Source: Eledone cirrhosa (Eukaryota). Taken from it: DNA of 64,000 nt. Positions 1-13,456 of the stretch are shown piece after piece. Positions within the stretch are counted from its first letter, which is position 1; the number at the start of each line of letters is the position of its first letter. The notes under the pieces were generated by a model. The model made no database searches, had not been told where the DNA came from, and was given only the letters and a program-made list of their open reading frames with translations. Where the stretch lies: NCBI GenBank assembly GCA_964016885.1, contig OZ024742.1, positions 53,568,001 through 53,632,000 of the forward strand. The letters are read 5' to 3'. The position numbers and the translations under genes are program-made.

Positions 1-3000
1 CCCCATCCGGGACACCGCGGCCAGACTTCTTCAAACGTCTAGAGACTTTTCTGGGAACGTCCCGCTTCTTGCTTTTAGTGGGGGACTGGAATGGAATCCT
101 AGATGCACGTTGGGACTATGTGGGAGCATGTCCCGATAAAGGGGGGGGGGTGTAACAGCCTCAAACAGTTAATCGACCGATTTGACCTGGCCGATAGATA
201 TCGACTAGATTTTCCGACTGCGCCACTGTGAACGTGGAGTAATCGTAGCGGAACATCTAGATCGTACCTAGATAGGGTTCTAGTTAGAAATAAGGATAGG
301 GACATGTTAAGATGTCCACAAATGTTCATGGTTGGCTATTCAGATCACAAACTAGTGACCTGCATGGCCAACCTTGATAGAACCCATAGACAAGGACCCG
401 GCTACTGGAAGCTGAACTTGTCGTTACCGCCAAGTAAAGCCTACAGTAGACGGAGTAGCACTTTAGTTAAACAGCATTTGACAGGGGCCATTGTCAACAA
501 CAGATGGTAGTACTCTCTCAAGAGGGCAGTTAGATTAGACTCGATAGTTTTTAGTAAAGAATTAGCGTTAGATAGAAATAGAACCGAGAAGGAACTGGTA
601 GATAAAGTAGAAGAGGCAATTAGAAGTGGCAACGTAGCCAGCGTGCTAGCAACGAGAACGGCCTTAGACCAGTTCTTCGACGCAAAGCACGAGGGCTGCG
701 TTGCCAGAAGCAAAATACGTGCTCGGGGAAACGATGGAGCCAAAGCTGTTAGCTGGGCCCGGGTGACGGAGGCAAAAAGTGGCAACAAGTCCACGATTCG
801 GTCATTGAAGGACCAAAACGGACGCGTGATACGTGAGCCGAAGCAGATGTGTGCGGCTTTTCAGCGGCACTTTGCTCAAATGTTCGGGAGGGGCGGCGCG
901 CCGGGAGAGGCTATGGATTTCGGTCCATACCTCGACGGCCTACCGCGAATCTCGGACAGCGAGGCAAAGTTTTGCGAAAAGCCGATTTCAGCCGCTGAGA
1001 TAGGGGACGCGCAGAGCCAATGCGGCAAACGCAAATCTCCAGGTCTCGACGGTCTACCCTACGAATTTTACGTAGCAATGCCGGACTTGTTCTCCGGTCT
1101 CCTGGAAGCGGTCTACTGCAACTGGCAACAGAACGAGAGAATTCCCAGTTCTGTAACCGGGGGCGTGGTCACACTAATCAGGAAGGACGAGAATAAGGGG
1201 GATGACATAGGCAACTTCCGGCCCATAACTCTGCTAAACACAGAGTTACAGATTTTGGCCAGGGTGTTGGCAAAGAGGCTGGCGCTTGTCGTCGAGAACC
1301 TGGTGGTAGAAGCGCAGACATGCGCAATCCCGACCAGGTCCATACACGACAACCTCCACCTCATGCGATACATCATAGAGAGGGTAGGGTGTAAACCCGG
1401 CTTCGGTGGGGCCCTGATCAACTTGGATCAGTCTAAGGCTTTCGATAGGGTTGACCATCGTTACCTGGATGCGGTGCTCGAGGCGGCAAGCTTCGGACCC
1501 GTGTTCAGGGGCTGGATTGCTGCAATGTACAACAGCAACATCTGCTCAAGGGTCAAGGTGAACGTCTACCTCTCGGAGCCGTTCCATATTACGCGATCCA
1601 TTCGACAGGGATGCCCTCTCTCCTCCCTTCTGTACGTACTGACTCTCAAGCCACAACTGCGGAAGCTGGAGCTATTGCAGGGCAACCTTCTGGAACCAGG
1701 ACTGCGGAAAGCGACGTCGGCCTACGCCGACGACGTGGCAGTAATGGTGTCGAGCGCCTCGCAAATCGAGGAAGTCGGCACCCTACTGAAGGAATACGAA
1801 AGTTTCACAGGAGCGAAGCTGAACCGGGACAAGTCCATCGGTTTGTGGAGAGGCAAACCGATGCCTTCCGATGCCTTCCGATGGCGTCGTCGGACGCTGG
1901 ACGGAAGGACCGGTAAAGTGGCTCGGGGTCTGGTTTGGTCCGGACCTCCAGGTGGAGAAGGACTGGAACGAAGTGACGGCCAAGGTGTTTGCACTCACCC
2001 AGAAGTGGGCCGAGTGCAAACTATCCTTGAAAGGTCGAGCGGAGGTGGCAAACACTTTTATAGCGTCCGCCATCTACTACCGCTTGACCGTCGTGCATTG
2101 TGCAGCCAAAACGCTCGCCAAAATGGAGCACGCGCTCTTCCAATTACTTTGGAAGAGGCGGGCTCCTTTGCTGAGAAGATCCATCTGCTGCCAACACCCT
2201 TCTAACGGAGGGCTGGGGATGCCGTGGTTGACGATACGCAAACACGCGCTCAGGCTGCGGCATCTCTACGTATTCCTCACCGGACAACCGGTGTGGACCC
2301 CGTTCGTGAGACGAGCCTTCCCACGACTCGTCTCGCTGACCAAGCTGCAGTCCTGGGTCAAGCAAAGACCGAGGAAATGGGCGACTGGCACATCGAATGT
2401 GCTCAGGCGCTCACAGCCCCCTGGCAGGCGGACCCGGCGATCAGTGGAGACTCCACTTCGTCATTGTATAGAGGGTTGATCCGCAGCAAGTGCGACGACG
2501 CGCTCGGTGAAACTCTAGGCGTAGAGGAAGATGAACTGGCCAGTCTGTCCGGTAGGACCTTCCGCCCGGGAACGATGGACAACTTCCAAAAGTTCCTGGC
2601 CTGGCAGTGCTACCGAGGAGCTCTACCAGTTCGAGACAAACTCTACAGACATGGGCGCCCGGGCAGGGACCCTGCAAAAAAGACCTGTCCGAGGTGCGTG
2701 CGAGACGAAGAAACCGTCGCGCACGCATTCATACAGTGCCCGGGCGTCACTGACCTGTGGGGCTATATAGAACGACTATTGTCGCGGGTGGGACCAATCC
2801 GGTTGACCACCGAGTCCATTGTCATGATCAAACCGCCACCCTCCTTCAAAAACGAAGGAGAGGCGGTTTTCCTTTGTGTGATAGCTATGGCGAAAGAGGT
2901 TGTATGGTGGACAAGGTTGAAAGGGCTGAGGTCAGACACCTTTCTCTCCGGCCAACAACTGATTCTTTTTTTCAAATACCACTTTGGAAGAAGAATCAGG

Positions 3001-3358
3001 ATGGAGAGAGAGGTGCTGTACCCCAGCAAGATTTATGAAAGATGGGTGAAAGTGGCGAGAATGGCTCGAGTGAATGGGCCTTCTCTCTATATCAGCCTGT
3101 AGGTTGAGGAACAGGAGGAGGAGAGGAAAGGAGTACAAACTCTTCGTACTCCTGGAGATGAGGGTTGCACATTTTTTCGGGGGTATGTGTTACCCATATA
3201 AACTGTCTCCCCCTATTGGGGAAAATCGACTAACTTTTTAAATTACATTTGTGATAACATTTTACACGTTTTTTATTGTATGTAAACTTCCCCTTTTGTA
3301 TTTGTCCCATTCTTTTGTGCCCCTGTGGCTAATAAAGAAACATATCTATCTATCTATC
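1..3358 (+). mobile_element. L1/Tx1-clade non-LTR retrotransposon copy A (ORF2: APE C-terminal half, RT, C-terminal CCHC zinc region; frameshifted, runs off window start)
   Basis: APE motifs (LVGDWNGILD, SYLDR, SDHK), RT motifs (KSPGLDGLP, FRPITLLN, LDQSKAFDRV, RQGCPLS, AYADD) in ORF 643-2205; CPRC..ETVAHAFIQC in 2224-3102; AATAAA at ~3331 then (TCTA)n tail. Confidence 0.93.
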
Positions 3359-3360
3359 TT

Positions 3361-4735
3361 TCTGTATTTGCGCTCACCCAGAAGTGGGCAGAGTGCAAAC
3401 TGTCCTTGAAAGGTCGAGCGGAGATGGCGAACACTTTCATAGCGTCCGTCATCTACTACCGCTTGACTGTCGTGCCTTGTCCCCGTGAACACCTCGCCAA
3501 GATGGAACGCATGCTCTTCCAGTTTCTGTGGAAGAAGCAGGCTCCGCTGGTGAGGAGATCCGTCTTCTGTCAGCACCCTTCCAACGGAGGGCTGGGAATG
3601 CCGTGGCTGATGATGCGCAAACATGCGCTGAGGCTGCGGCATCTCCAGGTATTCCTCACCGACCCCCAACCGGTGTGGGTACCATTTGTGAGACAGGCTT
3701 TCCCACAGTTCGTCTCCCTGACGCAGCTGCAGTCCTGGGTGAAGAAAAGACCGAAAACGATGGGCGCCCGGCTCATTGAATGCGCTCAGGCGCTCACAGT
3801 CCTCTGGCAAGCGGGCGCAGCAATCAGTGGAGACTCCACTTCGACATTCTATAGAGGGATTGTACGTTACAAGGTCGACGACGTGCTCGGAGAGACTCTG
3901 GGAGTCGAAGACGATGAGCTCACCAGTCTGTTTGGTAGGACTTTCCGCCTGGGACCTATGGACAACTTCCAGAGGTCCCTGGCCTGGCAGTGCTACCGAG
4001 GAGCTCTACCGGTTCGTGACAAGATCTACAGGCACGGACGCCCTGGTAGGGATCCTTCCAAGAAGACGTGTCCAAGATGTGCGCAGGACATTGAAACAGT
4101 TCTGCACGCAATTGTACACTTCCCGGGCGTAAGCGACCTGTGGAACTATGCAGAACAACTGCTGTCGCGTATGGGACAAATCCAGTTGACTGCCGAGTCC
4201 ATAGTAAGGATCAAACCGCCAACCTCTTTCAAAAACGAAAGAGAGGCGGTTTTCCTCTGTACGGTGGCTATGGTGAAAGAAGTTATGCGGTGGACGAGAT
4301 TGAGAGGACTGAGGACAGATGCCTTTCTCTCCGGACAACAATTGATTCCCTTCTTTAAGTTTCATTTTAGAAGGAGAATCAGGGTGGAAAGAGAGGCACT
4401 GCACCCCAGTAAATTTACTGAAAGGTGGGTGAATGAAGCGAAAATGGCCCGAGTGATTGGGCCTTCTCTGTGTATAAGCCTGTAGGTTGAGGAAGAGAGC
4501 AAAAGGAAGAAAGGAGCACTTGCACAACACGCTCCTGGAGTTGAGGGTTGTTCTATCGACGGGGTATTAAACAACCCATTTGTGGCGCCTCCCCCCTATT
4601 GGGGATTTTGATTGTTGAAATTGTTTGTTTTTATATTTTTTACACGACTGTATGTAAAATCCCCGGCATGTCTTTATATTGTCCCCTTTTCTTGTTGCAC
4701 CCTTGTGGCTAATAAAGAAATCTATCTTTCTGTCT
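3361..4735 (+). mobile_element. Tx1-like LINE copy B, 5'-truncated (post-RT and zinc region), inserted in the tail of copy A
   Basis: ORF 3325-4485 homologous to the C-terminus of copy A, beginning right after TCTATCTATCT; own AATAAA and TCTA-like tail at ~4711-4735. Confidence 0.9.
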
Positions 4736-6908
4736 GACGTGTGGAACATCTCCGGTAAGCATTTTTGTTAATTTCTATGCAAAAACCGAACTAATTGTTT
4801 GAAAAAACATAACACTTTGTAGATTAACCCCCAAGCTGAATTGTCAGCTGGGTGGTAATTCCAATTTTCGCCCCTGTAGGTGCGAGAATTTTATTTTAAA
4901 AATTTGTTTTAAAATATCAGATTTTACAAACTAAATAACTTGAGCAACACAAGAACGCTGGAGAACGTTAATCGAGAAAAGAGAGAGAAAGAGGCAGATA
5001 TTAACGTTATATCTGCTTCTGCTACTATGGACGTCGCCATAGATACAAGTGTCAACAAAGAAAAAAATATATTAACACTTGAACATTTTAAAATTTCTAC
5101 CGTCGAAGCGGAGAAAAATAACAATAACACACAGGAAAACACAGGAATTAACATACATACACATGAAAAAGACATCAACAACTCTACAGATACATCTACA
5201 CATAAAGTTTCACCTCGACAAGGAACTGAGATTTCCAACAACGATAACAACAACATCAACAGCAACATCACACAAAAAAAGAAAATGTCTGTCGCTGAAA
5301 CGGTGAACAAAAAACAAGATTTTATAAATCTTGATATCTCCAACGCAAGAGATATGCTCCAGTAAGGGAGAAAATTTGTAACTTTCGAAGAAAGAGGTGG
5401 GTTTAGAATTAACGCTGGACGGACGGACGGGTTTAGAATGACGCTGGACGGACGGACCCGTGAAATTGCTCGGGGTCTGGTTCGGTCCAGACCTCCAGGT
5501 GGAAAAAAACTGGAACGAGGTCACGGCCAAGGTGTTTGCACTCACCCAGAAGTGGGCAGAGTGCAAACTGTCCTTGAAAGGTCGAGCGGAGATGGCGAAC
5601 ACTTTCATAGCGTCCGTCATCTACTACCGCTTGACTGTCGTGCCTTGTCCCCGTGAACACCTCGCCAAGATGGAACGCATGCTCTTCCAGTTTCTGTGGA
5701 AGAAGCAGGCTCCGCTGGTGAGGAGATCCGTCTTCTGTCAGCACCCTTCCAACGGAGGGCTGGGAATGCCGTGGCTGATGATGCGCAAACATGCGCTGAG
5801 GCTGCGGCATCTCCAGGTATTCCTCACCGACCCCCAACCGGTGTGGGTACCGTTTGTGAGACAGGCTTTCCCACAGCTCGTCTCGCTGACGGAGCTGCAG
5901 TCCTGGGTCAAGAAAAGACCGAAAACGATGGGTGCCTGGCACATTGAATGTGCTCAGCCGCTCAGAGTCCATTGGCAAGCAGGTGCAGCAATCAGTGGAG
6001 ACTCCACTTCGACATTTTATAGAGGGATTGTACGTTATAAGGGCGACGACGTGCTCTGAGAGACTCTGGGCCTCGAAGACGATGAGCTCACCAGTCTGTT
6101 TGGTAGGACTTTCCGCCCAGGACCTATGGACAGCTTCCAGAGGTCCCTGGCCTGGCAGTGCTACCGAGGAGCTCTACGGGTTCGCGACCAGATCTACAGG
6201 CACGGACACCCTGGCAGGGATCCTTCGAAGAGGACGTGCCCAAGATGCGCGCAGGACATTGAAACAGTCCTGCACGCAATTGTACACTGCCCGGGCGTAA
6301 CAGACCTGTGGAACTATGCAGAACAACTGCTGTCGCGTATGGGACAAATCATGTTGACTGCCGAGTCCATGGTAAGGATAAAACCGCCAGCCTCTTTCAA
6401 AAACGAAAGAGAGGCGGTTTTCCTCTGTACAGTGCTGGCTATGGTGAAAGAAGTTATATAGTGGACGAGGTTGAGAGGACTGAGGACAGATGCCTTTCTC
6501 TCCGGACAACAATTGATTCCCTTCTTTAAGTATCACTTTAGAAGGAGAATCAGAGTGGAGAGAGAGGCACTGCACCCCAGTAAATTTACTGAAAGGTGGG
6601 TGAATGAAGCGAAAATGGCCCGAGTGATTGGGCCTTCTCTGTATATAAACCTGTAGGTTGAAGAAGAGAGCAAAAGGAAGAAGGGAGCACTTGCACAACA
6701 CGCTCATGGAGTTGAGCGTTGTTCTATCGACGGGGTATTAAACAACCCATTTGTGGTGCCTCCCCCTTATTGTGGATTTCGATTGTTATAATTGTTTGTT
6801 TTATATTTTTTTACACGATTGTATGTAAAATCCCCGGCATGTCTTTGTATTGTCCTCTCTTCTTGTGCGCCCTTGTGACTAATAAAGAAATCTATCTATC
6901 TATCTATT
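4736..6908 (+). mobile_element. Tx1-like LINE copy C: putative 5' head/low-complexity ORF1 start joined to ORF2 3' part; (TCTA)n tail
   Basis: 5476-6656 is nearly identical to copy B; ~30-bp tandem duplication at the 5399-5458 junction; AATAAA 6881 then TCTATCTATCTATCTA; assignment of 4736-5400 to this element is inferred. Confidence 0.8.
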
Positions 6909-6912
6909 TATA

Positions 6913-7184
6913 AAACATAAGCATATTTTTAACAGAATAGACGAGTAGAAAAGTAATGCCTTATCTGAATTGATCTGGCGCCTCAAGAATGAGAACATTA
7001 AACATACGCTATCCTTGACTGCATTCAAAACGGCTCAGCCATACAAGGGGTTGGGTGGGGTGGGGGTGACACATGTTATTTATGCACGACTGAAACTATG
7101 AAAATTATTGGGGCAGTGAATAAAGTTATCAACAGAACAGACATATTCGATACATGTACAGATAAATTATATAAGATATTCTAA
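6913..7184 (+). pseudogene. Decayed C-terminus of a Penelope-like (Naiad-type) GIY-YIG endonuclease
   Basis: Manual translation KHKHIFN..*KSNALSELIWRLKNENIKHTLS..KTAQPYKG / TCYLCTTETMKII..NRTDIFDTC parallels the C-termini of the PLE ORFs at 30.1-30.3 kb and 47.8-48.0 kb. Confidence 0.7.
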
Positions 7185-8127
7185 GATTATATGGGTAACC
7201 CTATGATAACTCTGCAACAGAGATATAAACCTAAACATAATTACGTATAGGGTTATAAGTAAAGTAATTTAATTAATTAAATTGATTAAACTAATGACCT
7301 TTATAGAACGGAATTACAGAGAGCTACAGAGAACTCGGTGACCCTAATTACTACAAAAATACATGATTATTGGATTAACACAAACATTAGTGTACATACA
7401 TTAAAACAAGTACATAAACAATAAATCTGGAAGTATAGGTCAGATAGAAGAGGAATAAACGAACAACACGCACGCAAACACACGCACACACACACATACA
7501 CACACAAACACATACTCAAACACGCACAAAAAACAAAACAAAGCACACACACACATACATGCACATAAACATATATTCACGCACATAAACACATAAATGC
7601 ACACTTGCACACCATGAAACACAAAAACAGATAAATATTCAGTTTTTTGGGAATCAGCTTTCATAGAAATATGGACCAGCGAGAACATAAATAGGAAAGT
7701 TGACGCCGCCAGTAAAGAAACAAACATACAAATATACACTCATACACACATACACACACACACAACTCCAAATACACGGATTCAATCATGCTGTTAATAA
7801 AACAACCCCAATAAACAAACACATTAACAATAGGAGGGAACAATAAACGTTAATACCGATTGGAGTCAACTCTAAAAAATTATATACTACATGGAATTAT
7901 ACCATACAAAATACAATCTTCCAAAATAAAATCACCTGACGAGTGGCGTGATGAACAAGAAGCTATTAAGCTATTCATCGCCTCTCAAATGCGATTAGGA
8001 ATAAAAATGGAGTTGAAAAAATAAAAGCATCTTCCCTTATATATGAAAAGTTCATAACGATTCACGCATCCAAGTATTGTGAAGTATCTCTGAAATATCT
8101 CGCGTTGTGTTATCTGGATTATTATTA

Positions 8128-8315
8128 TTACCCAGTAATACCAATTACCCAGTACCAATTACTCAGTATATTACTGGTACTTTATTTTATCGACCCCGTA
8201 AGGATGAAAGGCAAAGTTAACCTGGGCGCGATTTGAACTCAGAATGGCAAGGGCCGTAACTCAATGCGTCAAAGCATCGCGTCCGACCCTCTACCGATAC
8301 TGCCAATCCATCCCC
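8128..8315 (-). mobile_element. tRNA-derived SINE
   Basis: On minus strand: A-box-like TGGCAGTATCGG, B-box GAGTTCAAATC, core GCCTTTCATCCTTACGGGGTCGATAAAATAAAGTACCAG; matches the copy at 13250-13441. Confidence 0.85.
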
Positions 8316-8319
8316 CTTC

Positions 8320-8782
8320 GGGGTTAAATAACCAGTTATTGGGGATTTGTACCCAATATTCATTTTAAACCGTAAAAAAACATGGCTACAAAAAAGAATT
8401 TTCACAAGTCACTCCCACTCCTTCGGTCTTCTTCCCCAATCGTCATTACGTCAGAGAAAAGATTGTCTCTCTCCCCCCTTTCTCTAAATGTGGTGTCGCC
8501 TCTGTCGCCTCTTTCGCAAGCGACGCCATTAAAGAAAAAGAAAAATGTAGTTTCTCGTAGCGTTCTTCATCAAGAGAACGCGCATACCGTGGAACATTTC
8601 TCCACGACAACGACAACGACGAAAGATGTGTGCGGTAAATACGGAAAGCCATTTCATTCGTCTGACGTTATGAAGAATAGCAGCAGCAGCCGTAATAACA
8701 GCAGCAGCAGCAACAGTGGTGAGGAAAATACTAGTAGCAACCGCAACAACATCAGCAGCATAAACAACAACAGTAGCAACAG

Positions 8783-8814
<32 letters not shown>

Positions 8815-11800
8815 ACAACAACAACAACGACAGTAAAAGCGGCGGTCGTAGTACCAGCAGCAACAACAAAAGTAACAGCAGCTCTGACGACAACACAATA
8901 ACAACAAGAAAGAAAAAACAATCTCATTTGCAGGTATCGCAAAGAACCTGGAAACCATCCTTATAACAAATGAGCAATTACAGGAAACAAGGAAGATGGT
9001 GACGAAAACCGGACATCGAGCAATCTGCAAGGCAGCCGAAGAACTTTTCGAAACCCAACAGCACTGTACGGTCTGTTACCGTACAGTAAGCACAAAATCA
9101 TGTAGGGTTGAAAGAGCCACAGAGGCTCAAATACAAAAAGCCTTAGGGTCTGTGTGGCAGCGGAAAACGCATATCACTCGAGGCAAGAAATATGCCACCG
9201 TGGACGTGCTTTTTGCCACACCCCAGGAGGCAAATGCTCAATCCCTAGTAACCCTAAGAAGCGAGGAATGGTGTTGGTGCCCTCCTACTGCGGGCAAAAA
9301 TTTGTGAGGGTCAAACTGACCCAAGTCGCCCCGGGATGGCCTCTTCTTGGCTGGCCGCGTCTATCCTCGTCGGAATCGAAAACAAAAGAACCGTACTGCA
9401 AGTACAGAAAAAAGTACGAGAAGATTGGGTCGGTGCCTCCATTGAGATGTTAATTCAAACCAACCAGGAGTGCATCGAAGATATCCCGATGTGATAGACT
9501 TCGATAACGGCACTCAACTTCTCATAAGTGTTGAGGGCAAACGCCCGAAATGCTTTCGCTGTGAGTCGAAGACTCACCTCAGGGCCTTCTGTAATGAGGA
9601 GACCCTGAGAAAGGAGAAAACCCCCCTCCTTCCGAAACCGGCTCCACTGCTACCAGCAACAGGACAGGCGGCAAGCAGGAAGGATAGGTCCGTGGCACCC
9701 ATACCCTCGCTACGGAATTCAAGAACAGCAGCAGCAGTGGAAGTATTAACAACAACAACAGTAATACCAACTGCAGCTGCAACAGATACTCCACTGCAAC
9801 CATCACCAACAAGAACAAGTGAAAGAGTGGAGCTGGTAACCCTCCCCGACCTCACAGAATCGGACATGGAGTGTGAGGTGGGAGCGGGATGGCAAAAGGT
9901 CGCAAGAAGGCACAAACGCAGAAGCGAAAAGGGATGGAGGAAATGAAAAAAGGGTGAAGGCTACTGCAAAGAGACTTACAGCAGCAACACCACCAACACC
10001 ATCACCACCCACACTAGCACTACCATCACCACCGGCGGCAACCCCACCGCCAACAACAACAACACCTTCAACAACACCACCACAAGCACCAACATCGCAA
10101 ACACAACAACAAAACAAGCACACCTAGCAACAACGACAAGAAAATAGCAGAACCCCACCCCACCCCCAGAAAAAGAAATGCACAGCAATAAATACACACA
10201 ACAAGAAACTAATGACTTACATAATTGAACACAGACATTTCACAGCACGACTACATAATACCAGCACCAATCAAAACACCAACGAACATAAGACTGGTAA
10301 GAATATCACAAAAACAATACACAAACCTTAAAATGAAATTCCCCAACGCAGTTGGTGATTTCAGAGACCTAGGAGGGACACTCAACCGGAGAGTATACTC
10401 GGATATACTCACAGAAGAGCCGATGACCAGCAGAAGGGACGATCCAGGTAAGTGATCCTTTCTCACTTGCCCCGTTCCTCACACAACATGGCCGTATTCA
10501 GGATCGGAAGTGTAAACGTGAGTGGCTTGAGCTCTGTTTGGAAGTAGGGTCACTTGCTTAACGACCTCAGGTCACTAAACATATATATGGTGGCCATCAG
10601 CGAGACGAGAATCTCCGAAACGCAAGCTTTCGCACCGATCTTCGACGGTTACGAGGTGTACGCATCTCCGAGCCGTCCGAGGGCGGGGGGGGGGGAGTGG
10701 CTGTGTTGTTTCGGAAAGGCTTGGGTCTCGCCATACGGACCATCTTCTTGTATCCAGTAGGTAAGTCGGTGGTGCTGGACGTAAGCGGCACCGAAGGCAA
10801 CGCTTTCAGGCTAGTAGCCGTCTATGCCCCGACAGGGACAGGACGGCCAGATTTCTTCAGACGTCTAGAGACCTTTCTTGGAACGTCCGGCTCTTTAGCG
10901 TTAGTGGGCGACTGGAACGGTATCTTGGATGCACGCTGGGATTGTGTGGGGCTAGTGGATAGGGGAGGAGGGTGCAAGAGCCTCACCAACCTGCTCAGAC
11001 GTTTTGAACTGTCTGACAGGTATCGACTGGATCACCCGAATGTGCCAATGTGGACATGGACAAACCGCATCGGGTCATCCAGATCGTATCTTGATAGGGT
11101 ATTCTGCAGAGAACTAGATAAGGCTAGTATAAGTTGTCCACAATTTAAAATAGCCGACTACACAGATCACAAATTTGGGATCTGTGAGATCGACATAGAC
11201 AGACTTCATAGACAAGGATCCGGTTACTAGAAGCTGAACGCGTCTTTCCCGGCGCGCAAAGCCTACAGAGACCGGATTAGCGTATTAGTTAAGCGGGCGT
11301 TGACGGGAGCGGTCGTCAACAACAGGTGGTGGTTCGCCCTGTAAAGGACAATTAAAGTAGAGTCGATTAGGTTTAGCAAAGGACTAGTGATAGAGGAAAA
11401 TAGAGTAGAGGGAGAGCTAGTCAGAAAGCTAGAAGAGGCGTTTAGGACAGGCATCGCAACCGACGTGCTTGCGGCGAGATTGGCACTCGACCAATTCTTC
11501 AACGCAAAACACGAAGGCTGCGTTGTCAGAGCTAGAGCGCGTGCTCTGAAACACGAGGGGACAAAAGCCGTCCAATGGGCCCGGGTGGCAGAGGCGCGAC
11601 GTGGCAACAAAGCCACAATTCGGTCTTTATATGACCAAAACGGGCGCGTGTTGCTCGAACCCGAGCAGATGTGTGAAGCTTTTCAGCAGCACTTTGCTGA
11701 ACTGTTCGGGAGCAGCGGCGGGCCGGATTGGGGTATGGATTTCAGTGCATACCTCGACGGACTGCCTCAGCTCTCGACGACCGCAGCACAGTGTTGCGAA

Positions 11801-13122
11801 AAGCCAATAAAAGCCGGTGAAATACGGGAAGCGATGGCTAACTGCACGAAGGGTAAATCGCCAGGTTTGGATGGTCTGCCCTACGAGCTTTATGCATTTA
11901 TGCCAGACTTGTTCGGTGACCTCTTGGCAGACGTCTACTGCAACTGGCAGCAGAACGGGAGCATTCCCAGTTTTGTGAGCCGGAGAGCGGTGGCGCTGCT
12001 GAGAAAAGACCCGAACAAGGGGGATGTTATCGATGACTCCAGGCCCATAACCCTGCTAAACGCAGAGTTCAAGATTTTGGCCAAGGTGTGAGCAACGAGG
12101 TTGGCGCTTGTCGTCAAGGGTCTGGTGGGAGAGGCGCAGGCATGCGCCATTCCGGACAGATCCATACACGACAACCTCCCCCTCATGCGATACATCGTAG
12201 AGAGGGTGGTTAAGGAACCTGGCACGGGTGGGGGCCTGATCAACTTGGATCAATCCAAAGCATTCGATAGGGTCGACCATCGGTACTTGGAGGCGGTCCT
12301 CGAGGCAGCCGGTTTCGGGCCCGTTTTCAGGCGTTGGATCGCTGCGATGTACAGCGACATCTGCTCAGTTGTGGGCGTGAACGGTCTTCTGCCGCAGCTG
12401 TTCAGCATCATGCGCTTGGTCCGCCAGGGTTGTTCCCTCTCGTCCCTCTTGTATGTGCCCGAGCATTGCTGACTTGTGGAGCTATGTCGAACAGTTGCTG
12501 TCACGTGTGGGACTGATCCGGTTGTCGACTGAGTCTATTGTGCAGATGGTCTCGCCGTCTTCCTTCGAGGAGGAAGGGCAGGCGGTTTTCATCTGCCTGG
12601 TGGCCATGGCGAAAGAGATTGTGTGGTGGACAAGGTTGAAAGGGTTAAAGACAGACACTTTCCTCTTCGGCGAATCCCTAATTAACCTTTTCAAGTTTCA
12701 CTTGAAGAGGAAAATCAAGGTGGAGAAGCAATTGCTGCCTTCTAGCAAGTTTGTTGAAAGGTGGGTGAATGTAGCGAGAATGGTCCGACTGAACGGGACC
12801 GCTCTGAATATACGCCTGTAGTTTAAGAAATGGAAAAATTGAGAGAGGGCGCTTGCCCTGGTGGTCAGGGTGGCCGTGGTCTTTTGTGTGGTTTTCGCCA
12901 CGAGTATCCCTCGGTGGTTTCCCCCCTATTGGGGATTTTTCACTGTTTCAATTTTCATTTTTATTGTTTATATATATATATATGTTTCTATGTCTTTTTT
13001 TCTTTTCTTATATAAATAATAAAAATCTTTACACGCACAAAACCCACATCGTACTGTCCTGTACCGTCCTGTACCGTCTGTAATGTTTTTCTTGATGTCA
13101 GCCCTTGTGGCCAATAAAGAAA
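8320..13122 (+). mobile_element. Tx1-like LINE copy D, ORF1+ORF2, with stops/frameshifts and a large internal deletion fusing RT to the zinc region at ~12455
   Basis: ORF1 fragments with CCHC knuckle (KRPKCFRCESKTHLRAFC); ORF2 ATG 10488 (MAVFRIGSVNV..ISETR); RT breaks at RQGCSLSSLLYV then CPSIADLW; AATAAA ~13113 then (TTA)n. Confidence 0.9.
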
Positions 13123-13173
<51 letters not shown>

Positions 13174-13248
13174 TATTATTATTATATTATATTATATTAT
13201 ATTATATTATATATATATATATTATTATTATATTATATATTATTATAT
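13123..13248. repeat. (TTA)n/(TA)n tail of copy D
   Basis: Direct reading. Confidence 0.95.
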
Positions 13249-13249
13249 A

Positions 13250-13441
13250 AGCGTGGCGGTGGATTGGCAGTATCGGTAGAGGGTCGGACGCCATGCTTTC
13301 CAGCATAGTTACGTCCCTTTACGATCTGAGTTCAAATCCCGCCGAGGTTGACTTTGCCTTTCATCCTTACGGGGTCGATAAAATAAAGTACCAGTAATGC
13401 ACTGGGTAATTACTGGCCTTGTGCCTAAAGTAGAAACAAAT
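13250..13441 (+). mobile_element. tRNA-derived SINE (same family as 8128-8315) with (TTA)n tail
   Basis: TGGCAGTATCGGTAG A box, GAGTTCAAATCCC B box, shared core, TATTATTATT tail. Confidence 0.88.
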
Positions 13442-13456
13442 ATTATTATTATTATT

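Noticed and set aside
7930-7998. Hammerhead-like CTGACGA + hairpin downstream of the PLE remnant
   Set aside because: GAAA and stem I cannot be completed; at best a heavily decayed relic
13255-13345. Possible tRNA gene
   Set aside because: Has A/B boxes but no cloverleaf and continues into a SINE body and tail
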